Source of the DNA: a virus
Strand: one strand, 5' to 3'
Length of the DNA stretch: 64,000 bases
Virus record (IMG/VR): IMGVR_UViG_3300045988_179268
Span: 128,001 to 192,000 of that record
Positions within the stretch are counted from its first letter, which is position 1. Every line of letters begins with the position of its first letter. The position numbers and the translations under genes are program-made. Shown here piece after piece: positions 53,011 through 62,141 of the stretch. The notes beneath the pieces were generated by a model that was not told the DNA's origin, did no database searches, and saw nothing but the letters and a program-made list of their open reading frames with translations.

Positions 53011-53073
53011 CCCTAAACATTTTTTTGTGAGGGGGTAGAGGTGCTGTAGGGTGCCTATAACAGGCTCTACCTG
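51739..53073 (+). mobile_element. IS200/IS605-like remnant (tnpB only; ends not defined)
   Basis: Solo tnpB followed by an imperfect hairpin ggtagag..ctctacc at 53046-53072. No Y1 transposase gene and no recognisable left-end hairpins. Confidence 0.35.
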
Positions 53074-53451
53074 TTATGAATTAAATGTAAACAGATTGTT
53101 GTTTTTGCAACGCTTCGATACACCATTTAAACCTATCTGTTCGGGTGTTGCGCCTAGTTGCTGGGCACCCGGCGTAGCTTGAATAGCTTCAACTATTTCA
53201 TCAACCTCAACGGTAGACACATTCAGCATGGGGTTATTCTTACCAATATCGTCAATAACCTCATGTACCGCTTCTGCGTTCATGTAGTCCACATTGAAAA
53301 AGGGTAAGGTGTTCCACATGTCTTTCCCTAGTGTGGGTTCACAGCTTACGGTGAGCGCTACAATGACGTCGCGCATGAACGCATCTAGCATGACGTTGCG
53401 CTGTACCTTCTCAGGGTTGCGGTTTCTGAACCACCCTAGCGGATTAAACAT
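53074..53451 (-). CDS. hypothetical protein
   Basis: 125-aa ORF convergent with tnpB. Confidence 0.55.
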   Translation of the reverse strand: MFNPLGWFRNRNPEKVQRNVMLDAFMRDVIVALTVSCEPTLGKDMWNTLPFFNVDYMNAEAVHEVIDDIGKNNPMLNVSTVEVDEIVEAIQATPGAQQLGATPEQIGLNGVSKRCKNNNLFTFNS

Positions 53452-53547
53452 CTAAAAAGTTCCTTCCAGCAGTAGTTAGGTGATGTTACGAAATATTCTA
53501 CAGCATCAATGCCGCTAAACAGCTATCTGTACATAAAACAGGCAATA

Positions 53548-53558
53548 TGTGGTACAAT
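53548..53558 (+). promoter_or_regulatory. SigA-type promoter, extended -10
   Basis: TGTGGTACAAT. Confidence 0.7.
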
Positions 53559-53598
53559 ACTTCCTGTAAGGAACTTTATTAACTAGGAGAAAATCATC

Positions 53599-54021
53599 AT
53601 GACCACGACTGACGTATTTACTCGTAAGTACACTTCGGAAGAGGCACGCGCCATCAAGGAAGTGGGCTATGGGCTTCACTCCACTACACCGGAAACCGCG
53701 AAGAAGTACCTCAACACAGGAGGTATCCTCGCCCTCCAGTGGAACCACAGCAACAGCATGTACTACTCAGAGCATGACGAAACCTACGTACCCGTCTGTG
53801 TACTAAAGCTTGTAGCCTTCAACATTGAAGACGACACAGTAACCCGTGAATATGACCTACGCGATGAGAGGGATACCCTCGAAATTGACACAGACGTACT
53901 GCTACTCAGCTCAGCTATTAACGCCGAAGACCCTGAACCGTACAAGTCACTAGAAGATGTCATGCTAAAGGTTGCTGGGCTGACCCGCAACGACCTCGTA
54001 GGCATCATCAACTATCTTTAA
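53599..54021 (+). CDS. small acidic protein
   Basis: 140 aa, AGGAG RBS. Confidence 0.65.
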   Translation: MTTTDVFTRKYTSEEARAIKEVGYGLHSTTPETAKKYLNTGGILALQWNHSNSMYYSEHDETYVPVCVLKLVAFNIEDDTVTREYDLRDERDTLEIDTDVLLLSSAINAEDPEPYKSLEDVMLKVAGLTRNDLVGIINYL

Positions 54022-54058
54022 CAATACCTCTATCCAACCCCGCCGAAAGGAACCACAG

Positions 54059-54724
54059 ATGAACAACGTTAGCGACTACCGCGAAAAGCACGCAGAAACC
54101 GCTGAGAAATGCCTCAACGCCATCCAGAAAGAAGTTACCGATGCAACCACGCTACATGCCACTAGCATCAATAAGGTAAATAACGCAGGTGAGGCACACC
54201 ACATCGCCCGCGACATGTTCCGCCATGCACAGCGCCTCCGCCGCCTGGCAGACACCCTCACCCTAATCTCTGTACACCAGATGAGCATGAATCACCTAGT
54301 GCTGGCTGGCGAGCCTCAGGAAAATATTGAGGCAATTGACCGTAAATATTACTGGGAACTACATGGCGACATTGAGCCGCCTCTGCTTAACTACGACGCT
54401 CCCGCATCCCGCATCCAGATTGAAATGCTTATCAAGCTGTCCGACTCTGACGCGGTAAAGATTTTCGACACGCCCCGCCACCTTGTAGATGTCACCTTCC
54501 GACAGGCGAGCACTGGTGCATTCTATGTTGATTTCAAGTGTGGTGCTGAGGACGTTATTACCGCATCATCGGCTTTGGGGATGGATTCTCTAACCCGTGA
54601 GATTGTTGCTAATGCGGCTTTGAACCATTTGCGCGGCTTGGCGTGGGCTGTAACCCCTGTCGATAACTCAGGCACCTACAAGCTTAACGCTACGATTGAG
54701 GTTGCCGTCGCACCCGCGCTGTAA
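54059..54724 (+). CDS. hypothetical protein
   Basis: 221 aa, GCCGAAAGGA RBS. Confidence 0.65.
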   Translation: MNNVSDYREKHAETAEKCLNAIQKEVTDATTLHATSINKVNNAGEAHHIARDMFRHAQRLRRLADTLTLISVHQMSMNHLVLAGEPQENIEAIDRKYYWELHGDIEPPLLNYDAPASRIQIEMLIKLSDSDAVKIFDTPRHLVDVTFRQASTGAFYVDFKCGAEDVITASSALGMDSLTREIVANAALNHLRGLAWAVTPVDNSGTYKLNATIEVAVAPAL

Positions 54725-54742
54725 GACTCCATAGAGTAATAA

Positions 54743-54779
54743 ACGCAAGGGGGCGAGGAAATACCTTGCTCCCTTGCGT
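54743..54779 (+). terminator. rho-independent terminator
   Basis: 9-bp stem acgcaaggg / cccttgcgt. Overlaps the 5' end of track ORF 54774. Confidence 0.7.
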
Positions 54780-54833
54780 ACTTGCAGGCAGACCAGCTTC
54801 AAAGACATCTACATATATGAGAAGAGATATTCT

Positions 54834-55493
54834 ATGTTCAACATTCCTCCGCTAATTGTTGTTGAGAACCCTTGGTGGTTTGTCCTTATTGCGCCAGCCT
54901 TTGCTGGAGTCCTTATCGGCATCATCTTGTGGATTATCAACACCTTAGACAGGCTGTCCGCCACCCAAGGATGGTTTGGGGTGGAGAAAATCACGGCAGA
55001 GGAATACAGTAAGCGTTGGAAAGCCAGTAGGGAAAATCTGGTAGCTGAGGTTGAATCTGGCAAGCCGCTTCACGAGATTGACGTAGCAGAAATTAGCCCT
55101 CAGACCCTAATCCTGAGGCGACTGCATATGGTTAGCTACATCCCCGTCCTATTGATTATTTGGAACGCCGCCCATAATGCACATGTTGGTGACTGGCAGA
55201 TTATTGGTATGACCCTAGCCGCTGTTGTATCACATGTGCTCATTGGTCTAGGCATCGCATACCTGACCCTCCAGATACTTAACATCCTAACCTACATCAT
55301 CATGACACCTGTTGTCTTCATCAAGGTTGCCATCAATTTTGATGAGTATTCTGAGAAGTACCATGAGGAGAAGAAACGTGCATCTGCTACAGAGGAAGCT
55401 AATGCCACTGATGTGAATAAAGATGATGAATTATACTCTAAGAAGCTGTCTAAGCGCCGACACCGAAACAATTCAGAGGAAAGGTTTGAGTAG
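54834..55493 (+). CDS. membrane protein with Lys/Glu-rich tail
   Basis: 219 aa from ATG 54834 (MFNIPPLIVV..), which follows the terminator. Confidence 0.6.
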   Translation: MFNIPPLIVVENPWWFVLIAPAFAGVLIGIILWIINTLDRLSATQGWFGVEKITAEEYSKRWKASRENLVAEVESGKPLHEIDVAEISPQTLILRRLHMVSYIPVLLIIWNAAHNAHVGDWQIIGMTLAAVVSHVLIGLGIAYLTLQILNILTYIIMTPVVFIKVAINFDEYSEKYHEEKKRASATEEANATDVNKDDELYSKKLSKRRHRNNSEERFE

Positions 55494-56038
55494 TGCATTC
55501 TCTCATTCATGATTACCCCGCACTATTCCCCATTTTAGGAGGAGTATTCTTCGCTGTTGGCTTTGGCGTAATGCTGGGGCTGATAGTGGTGCAAGATGAG
55601 TCCAACAATCTCTTACGAAACACTGCTCTGGAATATAAGAGCATCTTCTATTTCATTGGTTCAGTACTTGCGGTAGGAACAATTCTTCATGCAGGTATTA
55701 CCGCCCCAACTGGAGGCTTCACGGACTCGCTTACCAATGCGGGCGGCACAGCGGTAGGCATCGCTGTCTACTTCCTGCTGGCACCTATCATCATGGCGGT
55801 AGTTAGCGGCATAGTTCAGCTACTTGTTATCACACCTGTCTGCTGGCTGTATCGGGTCTGCAAAGAAGCCGTACAGGACGAAAAGAGGGTGAAGCCTCTT
55901 GCAGGTAAGCTTACAGAACCACGGAAGCCCCTAATGGAGACACGGGTCGGAAACATTGTGCGGGGTGTGTTGAAAGCCGTTTCTGCGTTTTGTAGTTTCA
56001 CTTACAAATGCATGACATTCAATATTAACCGCCGATAA
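55493..56038 (+). CDS. membrane protein
   Basis: 181 aa. The GTG start overlaps the previous stop by 1 nt (taGTG). Confidence 0.55.
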   Translation: MHSLIHDYPALFPILGGVFFAVGFGVMLGLIVVQDESNNLLRNTALEYKSIFYFIGSVLAVGTILHAGITAPTGGFTDSLTNAGGTAVGIAVYFLLAPIIMAVVSGIVQLLVITPVCWLYRVCKEAVQDEKRVKPLAGKLTEPRKPLMETRVGNIVRGVLKAVSAFCSFTYKCMTFNINRR

Positions 56039-56050
56039 TAGTTGAACCCA

Positions 56051-56059
56051 TGTTACAAT
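56051..56059 (+). promoter_or_regulatory. extended -10 promoter-like element directly upstream of a terminator hairpin
   Basis: TGTTACAAT, 1 nt before the hairpin at 56061-56100. Confidence 0.4.
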
Positions 56060-56060
56060 T

Positions 56061-56111
56061 GGGGTGAATGAAGAACTGACCAATGTCCTCCATTCACCCC
56101 AATTATTTTTT
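56061..56111 (+). terminator. rho-independent terminator / possible attenuator
   Basis: 10-bp perfect stem ggggtgaatg / cattcacccc, followed by aattattttttc. Confidence 0.8.
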
Positions 56112-56131
56112 CACTTTAAGGAGCAAAACCT

Positions 56132-56602
56132 ATGGGAAATATCCCCAATATTGGTGAAAGCTACACCAGCCGCGCAGACGCTTGCGCAAAATACATTGAA
56201 AAGAAGCTCAGGTCACACGGAAACACCCGCAACGACCTTAAAGAGTACCTTAGCAAAGATGGCTGGACTCACGACATCGAAGTAGCGAACAATGTGTACC
56301 GTCACCCGCAAGCGCACGCAGAGTTTGACGGCAACGAAACTCTTGCCGCCGCACACAAAGCTTTTGAAACCACCGACATTATCGGCAAACTTGACGAGTA
56401 CCTTGCCCGCAATAACGACACGCTAAGCGAGAATAGTTTGGCGATACTTGCAACCCATTTCGCGTACTCCATTGTTGGTGCTATTGACCGGGTAGACAAT
56501 AAGCGGTACGGGGCACTGTTTAACGGCGCACCTAATAATGACAACAATCAGCATATAAGGAAGCCAGGCAAAGGATTCTTCTCCCGCATTTTCGGGTTTT
56601 AA
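56132..56602 (+). CDS. hypothetical protein
   Basis: 156 aa, AAGGAG RBS. Confidence 0.65.
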   Translation: MGNIPNIGESYTSRADACAKYIEKKLRSHGNTRNDLKEYLSKDGWTHDIEVANNVYRHPQAHAEFDGNETLAAAHKAFETTDIIGKLDEYLARNNDTLSENSLAILATHFAYSIVGAIDRVDNKRYGALFNGAPNNDNNQHIRKPGKGFFSRIFGF

Positions 56603-56678
56603 TGGAGATGGTCGGCATGTATCTATCAGCATCATGTAGAGGTGGTGTTAAACTTGTAGAACATAAAGGAGAAATAAG

Positions 56679-57242
56679 ATGCTTAAATCTGAGAATTATG
56701 ATGAGCTACAGATAATTTTAGAGAACCACGGGCTAGACAATCTTTTCGTTCGTATCAAAGATGGTGTAGATGATTCACCGCCAACCTTAATCTTTAATGT
56801 GCCCTCATCCATTACTGTAAGCTATTTTGAGCGACTTTTGAAGCACTATCTACCTGACAACACTATTCAAGTTATTTCCGGGTTTAACGCCGTAGAATCG
56901 GTTCAAACGTTTACCCGGCGCGAGAAGCAGAAATGGCGTGATGTTCTGTGTGCCGTACTTCCTGACGGTGATAAATGCTTCTTCGGCATTCACAGCCAAA
57001 ACACATCCGGTAGACGCAACCTGAGTATATTCCGGGATGAATCTTGCAATCCGAAGATACCTACTGGTCTTCACTACAGCTCAAGCGGCTATGCCGTTGC
57101 GTTTCTTGAGAGCGATATAGGGCACGGAATCCTCAATGCCATATCTGCCGCCGAAGATATTATCGACGTACCTAACGCACCTCGTTCACTTGAACAAGTT
57201 TGGGATGCCGCTATCAATGATTGGCTCAACATCCAGCATTAA
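56679..57242 (+). CDS. hypothetical protein
   Basis: 187 aa, AAAGGAG RBS. Confidence 0.65.
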   Translation: MLKSENYDELQIILENHGLDNLFVRIKDGVDDSPPTLIFNVPSSITVSYFERLLKHYLPDNTIQVISGFNAVESVQTFTRREKQKWRDVLCAVLPDGDKCFFGIHSQNTSGRRNLSIFRDESCNPKIPTGLHYSSSGYAVAFLESDIGHGILNAISAAEDIIDVPNAPRSLEQVWDAAINDWLNIQH

Positions 57243-57297
57243 TTCCACCAACATTTCCCAATAAAGACCAGGCACATCCTTAAGGAGAGCTACTTAC

Positions 57298-58257
57298 ATG
57301 AAAAACTATGAAGAGTTTACGCCAACTTACATTTTTATCCCGAAAGAAGAGGGGGATGAGTCAGGGGTTTTCGGTATTGGTCTAAATCCCAGCCCCGTTG
57401 AACCTGAGGAAGATGGCGGTAACTCGAAAGACGAAGAATCTTTTACTGAACTCATTAAAAGCTGTTTGAAGAAGGTATCGTTTTGGAAGAAAGAAGAGAG
57501 TGACATAGCGGAGCCTCAGCATAACGAAGATACCGGGAAAATCACTGTTCTTAATAAGAGCGGTGATAACATTACGGCTATCTATGTGCACACTTCCAAT
57601 CCCCCGAAAAATTCAGATGTAATGAATGCGCCACTAACACCAATGGCGCTCCTCATGGGCACTGGAGCAAGCAAATACCACCCTACCCCACTGGTAGATT
57701 TAACACCGCCTATCTCGGATGAGGAACGGGCGGCTATCGAGGCTGAGAAGCAGGAGAAGGCGCGTCTACACGAAGACTCTGCCAAGCTATCTGGTATCCC
57801 TATCACGGAAGAAGAAGCCGAGGCGTATATTCAGAGGCGATGGAACCCAGACCTTGTAAGAAGCTTTGACCACGGAGGCGGCAAAGGCAAAGAGTACTAT
57901 GTCTCCGTATGGGTCCATTGCCACCCGAGTAAGCGTTTCGGCAAGAAAGGTTTCACGAGGGCACTTGAAGCACTCAACCCTGACCTGTTCCACGAAATCA
58001 TTATTGATGACGAAGATGGTTATTGGGGTTGGGATGATACCCGCATCTACTTTAAGGGCGCATCTGGTACACTCTTTGAAGTAACCTGCTATAAGGTTAG
58101 GCGCGGCGACTTCTACATAGACATGGGAGCCGGATTACACGGCGGTGAAACCCCTATTACGGCAGAAAACTTTGCAGAACTAGAAGCTGTGATTGAAGTA
58201 TTCAAATATTTCAATTCGTTGCCGCCAACCCTACTTAGCGATGATGATGACGAATAG
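57298..58257 (+). CDS. hypothetical acidic protein
   Basis: 319 aa, AAGGAG RBS, ends DDDDE. Confidence 0.65.
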   Translation: MKNYEEFTPTYIFIPKEEGDESGVFGIGLNPSPVEPEEDGGNSKDEESFTELIKSCLKKVSFWKKEESDIAEPQHNEDTGKITVLNKSGDNITAIYVHTSNPPKNSDVMNAPLTPMALLMGTGASKYHPTPLVDLTPPISDEERAAIEAEKQEKARLHEDSAKLSGIPITEEEAEAYIQRRWNPDLVRSFDHGGGKGKEYYVSVWVHCHPSKRFGKKGFTRALEALNPDLFHEIIIDDEDGYWGWDDTRIYFKGASGTLFEVTCYKVRRGDFYIDMGAGLHGGETPITAENFAELEAVIEVFKYFNSLPPTLLSDDDDE

Positions 58258-58310
58258 TTGTGCGACCGGCTACTCGACATACAGGTAGCAGGTCACTGGC
58301 AAAACTTTTT

Positions 58311-58356
58311 ATAATCCCCCTATATGTCCACTAGTTGTGACACATAGGGGGATTAT
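58311..58356 (+). terminator. rho-independent terminator
   Basis: 13-bp perfect stem ataatccccctat / atagggggattat. Confidence 0.8.
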
Positions 58357-58377
58357 GCGGTATGATTAACCTTGACA

Positions 58378-58386
58378 TGCTATGTC
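58378..58386 (+). promoter_or_regulatory. candidate extended -10 promoter
   Basis: TGCTATGTC, 42 nt upstream of ATG 58428. Confidence 0.35.
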
Positions 58387-58427
58387 ACATAACATTTCAC
58401 AGCCAACAAACCATAAGGAAATCACAC

Positions 58428-59720
58428 ATGAACCCTGCCCCCTCACCCCATAATGACCTCTCAGAGGTTCAGGAAGCCGCACAGAACGCACTAGACACAT
58501 GGAACGACCAATCAGCAACCATTGACAAGAACCCACACCCTAACAGGCTTCTAAAGGCTATTGCTACTGCTGGTGCTGGCGCATTGATTATCTCTGGCTG
58601 TAGCGTACCCGAGGCTAATACTCAGCCTACCCCTAGTGAGACACCTTTCAGTACCCAGGGTATTGAGTATGTTCGTGTGTGCCAGAAGGTTGAAGATGGC
58701 ACCCGCGCTGAGGATACTAGCTGTGAAGCTACCGAGTCAGCTTCGCCTTCCCCGTCGCCTTCTACGTCTGAGTCTGCAACCGCGAGTGCATCACCCAGTG
58801 AGTCTACTAGCGCAAGCCCCTCACCCTCACCTACTGGTAGCCCCACCAATAATGGTGGTGGTACGAATATCAACATCAATAATGGTGGCAATAGTGGCGG
58901 CGGTAGTGGTGATACCCATAGTGGTAACAGTGGGACTAATATGTTCATCTGGTATTACATCGGGTACATGATGGGTCAGAACGGCTCCGGTGGTACTACC
59001 TACATCAATAATGGCAATAATGGTAACGTGCCCGCTGTAGGTGCGCCCCTGCATGGTGGTAGCACTAGCACGCCCAGTAAGGGTACTGTCTATCAGGGTT
59101 TGCCTTCTAGTGGTGGTTCTTTTGCTGACTCGTACCGTGCCGCTAAAGCTAAGGCTGGCATGAAGGACGGTAAAGTTGCAACCATTGAGCGCTACAACTA
59201 TAAGTCGAACTCTAGTAATGGCAGTAAGTCGAATACTACTACCGGCAATAGTAGTAGCTCAAACTCTAGCAACGGCAATAGTGGTTCCACCGCTAACAAC
59301 AATAGTGGCGGCAACTCAGCGGCGGCGGCTGGTGCAGGTGCGGCGGCGGGAGCGGCGGCTGGTGCTGTAGCCGCCAACAAGAGTGGGTCTACCGGCAACA
59401 CTGGCAACAGCAACTCCAAGGACTCTAATACTTCCAAGAATGGCTCTAATGGCGATTCTAGCAACTCTAAGTCCAATGGTGGCAATACTTCCTCTAATAG
59501 TGGTAACACTAACGGAAATAACAGTAACTCCAGTAGCTCTAACAGTGGAAACAAGTCCAGCAACTCCGGCAATAGTAGCGGCGGCAACTCTAGCTCCAAG
59601 TCTGGGGGTAATAGCGGCGGTTCTTCCGGTGGGTCTAAGTCCGGTGGTTCATCGTCATCTGGCGGCTCCAAAGGTGGCTTTGGCGGCGGCTCCAAGTCTG
59701 GTGGTTCTTCCGGTGGGTAG
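58428..59720 (+). CDS. lipoprotein with long Ser/Asn/Gly-rich low-complexity region
   Basis: 430 aa from ATG 58428 (AAGGA RBS). Lipobox IISGC. SPSPSPST linker, then about 250 aa of S/N/G repeats (GNSSSSNSSNGNSG.., GGSKSGGSS). Confidence 0.65.
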   Translation: MNPAPSPHNDLSEVQEAAQNALDTWNDQSATIDKNPHPNRLLKAIATAGAGALIISGCSVPEANTQPTPSETPFSTQGIEYVRVCQKVEDGTRAEDTSCEATESASPSPSPSTSESATASASPSESTSASPSPSPTGSPTNNGGGTNININNGGNSGGGSGDTHSGNSGTNMFIWYYIGYMMGQNGSGGTTYINNGNNGNVPAVGAPLHGGSTSTPSKGTVYQGLPSSGGSFADSYRAAKAKAGMKDGKVATIERYNYKSNSSNGSKSNTTTGNSSSSNSSNGNSGSTANNNSGGNSAAAAGAGAAAGAAAGAVAANKSGSTGNTGNSNSKDSNTSKNGSNGDSSNSKSNGGNTSSNSGNTNGNNSNSSSSNSGNKSSNSGNSSGGNSSSKSGGNSGGSSGGSKSGGSSSSGGSKGGFGGGSKSGGSSGG

Positions 59721-60039
59721 TGGGCAGGAAGCGCTGATACTCACTGCATAGTAAATAAAATATCCCTACATCTTCTTCATGCGTCTTGATGGGCATTGAA
59801 GAGAATGGTGGGGGTATTTTATTATGGCTAAGGCGTGCTTAACCCCCTTTATTGATTGGCGCTAGTTAGTAACTATGCCTGAGTAAAAGTAGTACCAATG
59901 TGTGAAAAATCCCCTGTGATATATCCAAAATTGGTACTATTTTCTTCTAAAATTTAATAATTGCCACCCGGTACCGCCGTAAACGTATTGCAGGCGTGTC
60001 GCTCAATGCGCCTACTTCACTTGCGTATGGATTAAAACC

Positions 60040-60050
60040 TGTGGTAGACT
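60040..60050 (+). promoter_or_regulatory. SigA-type promoter, extended -10 with -35 TTGCGT
   Basis: TTGCGT-N18-TAGACT with AACCTGTGGTAGACT. Confidence 0.75.
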
Positions 60051-60120
60051 ATAGATATACCCGAGGGGTTGAGCAACTTCTCAGGCGCACTCCAACCGCA
60101 TAGTGAAAGGTAAAACCTTA

Positions 60121-60492
60121 ATGGCACGCTTCGACGCAATCCTCATTGGCCCCGACTGCAACGCACCGGAAAACGCCGACAAGCCCGCAAGCGAAATCTT
60201 CAACAAAGTCTACCTTGAAAAGTATGAAGCGGCAACTGGTCACAATAACTGGAAACCCCGCGTACTTGTAAACATCATCAGTGAGAACTCCACCAACCTC
60301 TACTGGGAGGGACAGATTCAGTTCGGTTGGGAAGACCAAGACCCCTACGAGGGTTTTAAGATGGCAGGTCACGTACCCGCCGACAGTGCAGAGGCGAAGT
60401 TCCTCAAGAAGAAGAACGACTACAGCATCACCCCATCCGGCATTAACGGTGACACCGTGAGCCGCGCAATGCACTTCACCATCAACATCTAG
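60121..60492 (+). CDS. small hypothetical protein
   Basis: 123 aa from ATG 60121 (GAAAGG RBS 10 nt upstream), ends ..HFTINI. Confidence 0.7.
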   Translation: MARFDAILIGPDCNAPENADKPASEIFNKVYLEKYEAATGHNNWKPRVLVNIISENSTNLYWEGQIQFGWEDQDPYEGFKMAGHVPADSAEAKFLKKKNDYSITPSGINGDTVSRAMHFTINI

Positions 60493-60496
60493 CAAA

Positions 60497-60538
60497 CAAA
60501 GCCCCTACCACCCAACACTCCGGGAGGCAGGGGCTTTG
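60497..60538 (+). terminator. rho-independent terminator
   Basis: 10-bp stem caaagcccct / aggggctttg. Confidence 0.8.
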
Positions 60539-60556
60539 CCATGCACCGAAATCATA

Positions 60557-60565
60557 TGCTACACT
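60557..60565 (+). promoter_or_regulatory. SigA-type promoter, extended -10
   Basis: TGCTACACT, about 178 nt upstream of the next start codon (long leader). Confidence 0.55.
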
Positions 60566-60742
60566 AGGGGTGTGTTACGCGGGTAATGCCGCACACTCTC
60601 CCCATGAGGGGTGGAGGGAGAATAAAGTCCCGTGACTATAAAAGGTTGCGGGGACTACGACGTGTGACTTGCGCCTACATAATGGTGCGGCATGTCACCC
60701 CTCACTGGCGGATTTGTCTGCTAGATATTTGAAAGGTTAATA

Positions 60743-62107
60743 TTGGTGGTTACGTCAAAGAAAAAGGGCAAGTCTGAGACTGGCTTGTCACTACCTGGAG
60801 ATGGTTCGCTGTACGACGCGCTAACTAAGCCGCTCATGAAGCCTGCACCTAGTAGGGGTATGTGGTTCCTTGCAGGGCTGGCATGTCTGCTTATTGGTTC
60901 TGGCATGGCGCTTATCTTGTTCACCACGTTTAAGCCGCATGGTGGCTTGGATTATACTCTCAGCCTGTTTCTCCTGGCTTACGCGATGTATACTTTCTTG
61001 CGCGGCATCACTAGTGTAGCAAAGGGATTCTTCAAGGGTGCTAATGAGCCAACACTGCATTACGGTAAGAGGTTCGATGAGGAGTACGAACTTATTCCTC
61101 AGCCTGACACACGTGAAGATGCGCCATATGCGGAACGCTACTTTAAGCGCGACGGCAACACCCTTTATGTACGCATCAAGGGTGACGCTGGCGGGTTTTA
61201 TGACCTCCCCATCTCTTGCTTCTTCGCCAAGGAGCCACTGGATAAGGCAGACAGTATTCGCACTGTCTACGATGGTCTAGATGGGTTCCCGCCGCACATT
61301 AGAATCACTTCTAGCAAGTGGTTTGCTGACAGGCGCTTCCTGCATTACGAGCTTCATGCCCCGAAGTCTGAGAAGCCCGACATTAAGAAACTCATCCACG
61401 AGGTTAATAGTGCCACCTACGGCGAACTTTACACTGAGGCGGCAAGCTCTTTCGATGAGAGTGCTGTAGCTAAGCTGATTGATGAGCCTGTGCGATACCC
61501 TGGCGTGGGTAATCTAGTGGAGGCAATCGACAACATCCTTGAGGATGATGACGACAATGAGGCTGTAGAGGCAACTGTTGAGGAAGCGTACAGTTTTGCG
61601 GCACGCAGTGTGGGTCTGTTCTTCTTGCATCTAGTCACATTTGTGCTTCTTGCGGTTGTAAACTGGCAGATGCACTTTGGTGGCGGCATACAGGCAGTGC
61701 CCCCGGCATTAGTGTCAGTGACACTGTTCCTTGTAGCGCTATCAGCGGTTTCTTCGGTTGCATCCGCAAGGAGCCTAGCTAAGGCTGAAAATAAGTTTGT
61801 TGAGGTTTGGGAGTACGACGACCTACAGTTCGATATGCTCCCCTTCACAAGCACTAATCATGCTGGCGCTAAGGCGGAGGATTACTTCGCTGAGCATAAC
61901 GGTGAGAAGTATGTGCTGTTGCGTGAAGTTGAATACGGAATTATCGGCACCTACAAGATTCCGGCTAACGCGAGGGTTCACTATTCGCTTGATGATGATG
62001 AAACCCCCGGCTGTAACATTGTCGGAAAGGAAGGTGTTCTCAAGGAATTTGTTATTCTGTTCCCGAAGAAGCTTTCCCCATCAGCTACCCCGGCAAGTGA
62101 AGAGTAA
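60743..62107 (+). CDS. membrane protein (two TM clusters separating two soluble modules)
   Basis: 454 aa with a TTG or GTG start (60743 or 60746) after a GAAAGG RBS. TM pairs near residues 40-95 and 300-345. Confidence 0.65.
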   Translation: MVVTSKKKGKSETGLSLPGDGSLYDALTKPLMKPAPSRGMWFLAGLACLLIGSGMALILFTTFKPHGGLDYTLSLFLLAYAMYTFLRGITSVAKGFFKGANEPTLHYGKRFDEEYELIPQPDTREDAPYAERYFKRDGNTLYVRIKGDAGGFYDLPISCFFAKEPLDKADSIRTVYDGLDGFPPHIRITSSKWFADRRFLHYELHAPKSEKPDIKKLIHEVNSATYGELYTEAASSFDESAVAKLIDEPVRYPGVGNLVEAIDNILEDDDDNEAVEATVEEAYSFAARSVGLFFLHLVTFVLLAVVNWQMHFGGGIQAVPPALVSVTLFLVALSAVSSVASARSLAKAENKFVEVWEYDDLQFDMLPFTSTNHAGAKAEDYFAEHNGEKYVLLREVEYGIIGTYKIPANARVHYSLDDDETPGCNIVGKEGVLKEFVILFPKKLSPSATPASEE

Positions 62108-62141
62108 ACACTAGCCCGCTATCACAGCGGCTAACCTTGCA

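Noticed and set aside
20870-58427. N-terminal extensions of track ORFs (20870, 39711, 43418, 44703, 47984-48034, 51016, 51712, 54774, 58362).
   Set aside because: In each case a consensus promoter, a terminator or the preceding gene lies inside the extension, and a downstream ATG with a good RBS is available. Starts were moved accordingly.
58622-59751. Alternative-frame ORFs in the Ser/Asn/Gly repeat region (58622..58948, 58636..58971, 58827..59054, 59176..59370, 59198..59695, 59383..59751).
   Set aside because: They are artefacts of repetitive low-complexity DNA. Only the frame starting at 58428 has an RBS, a lipoprotein signal and a continuous reading frame.
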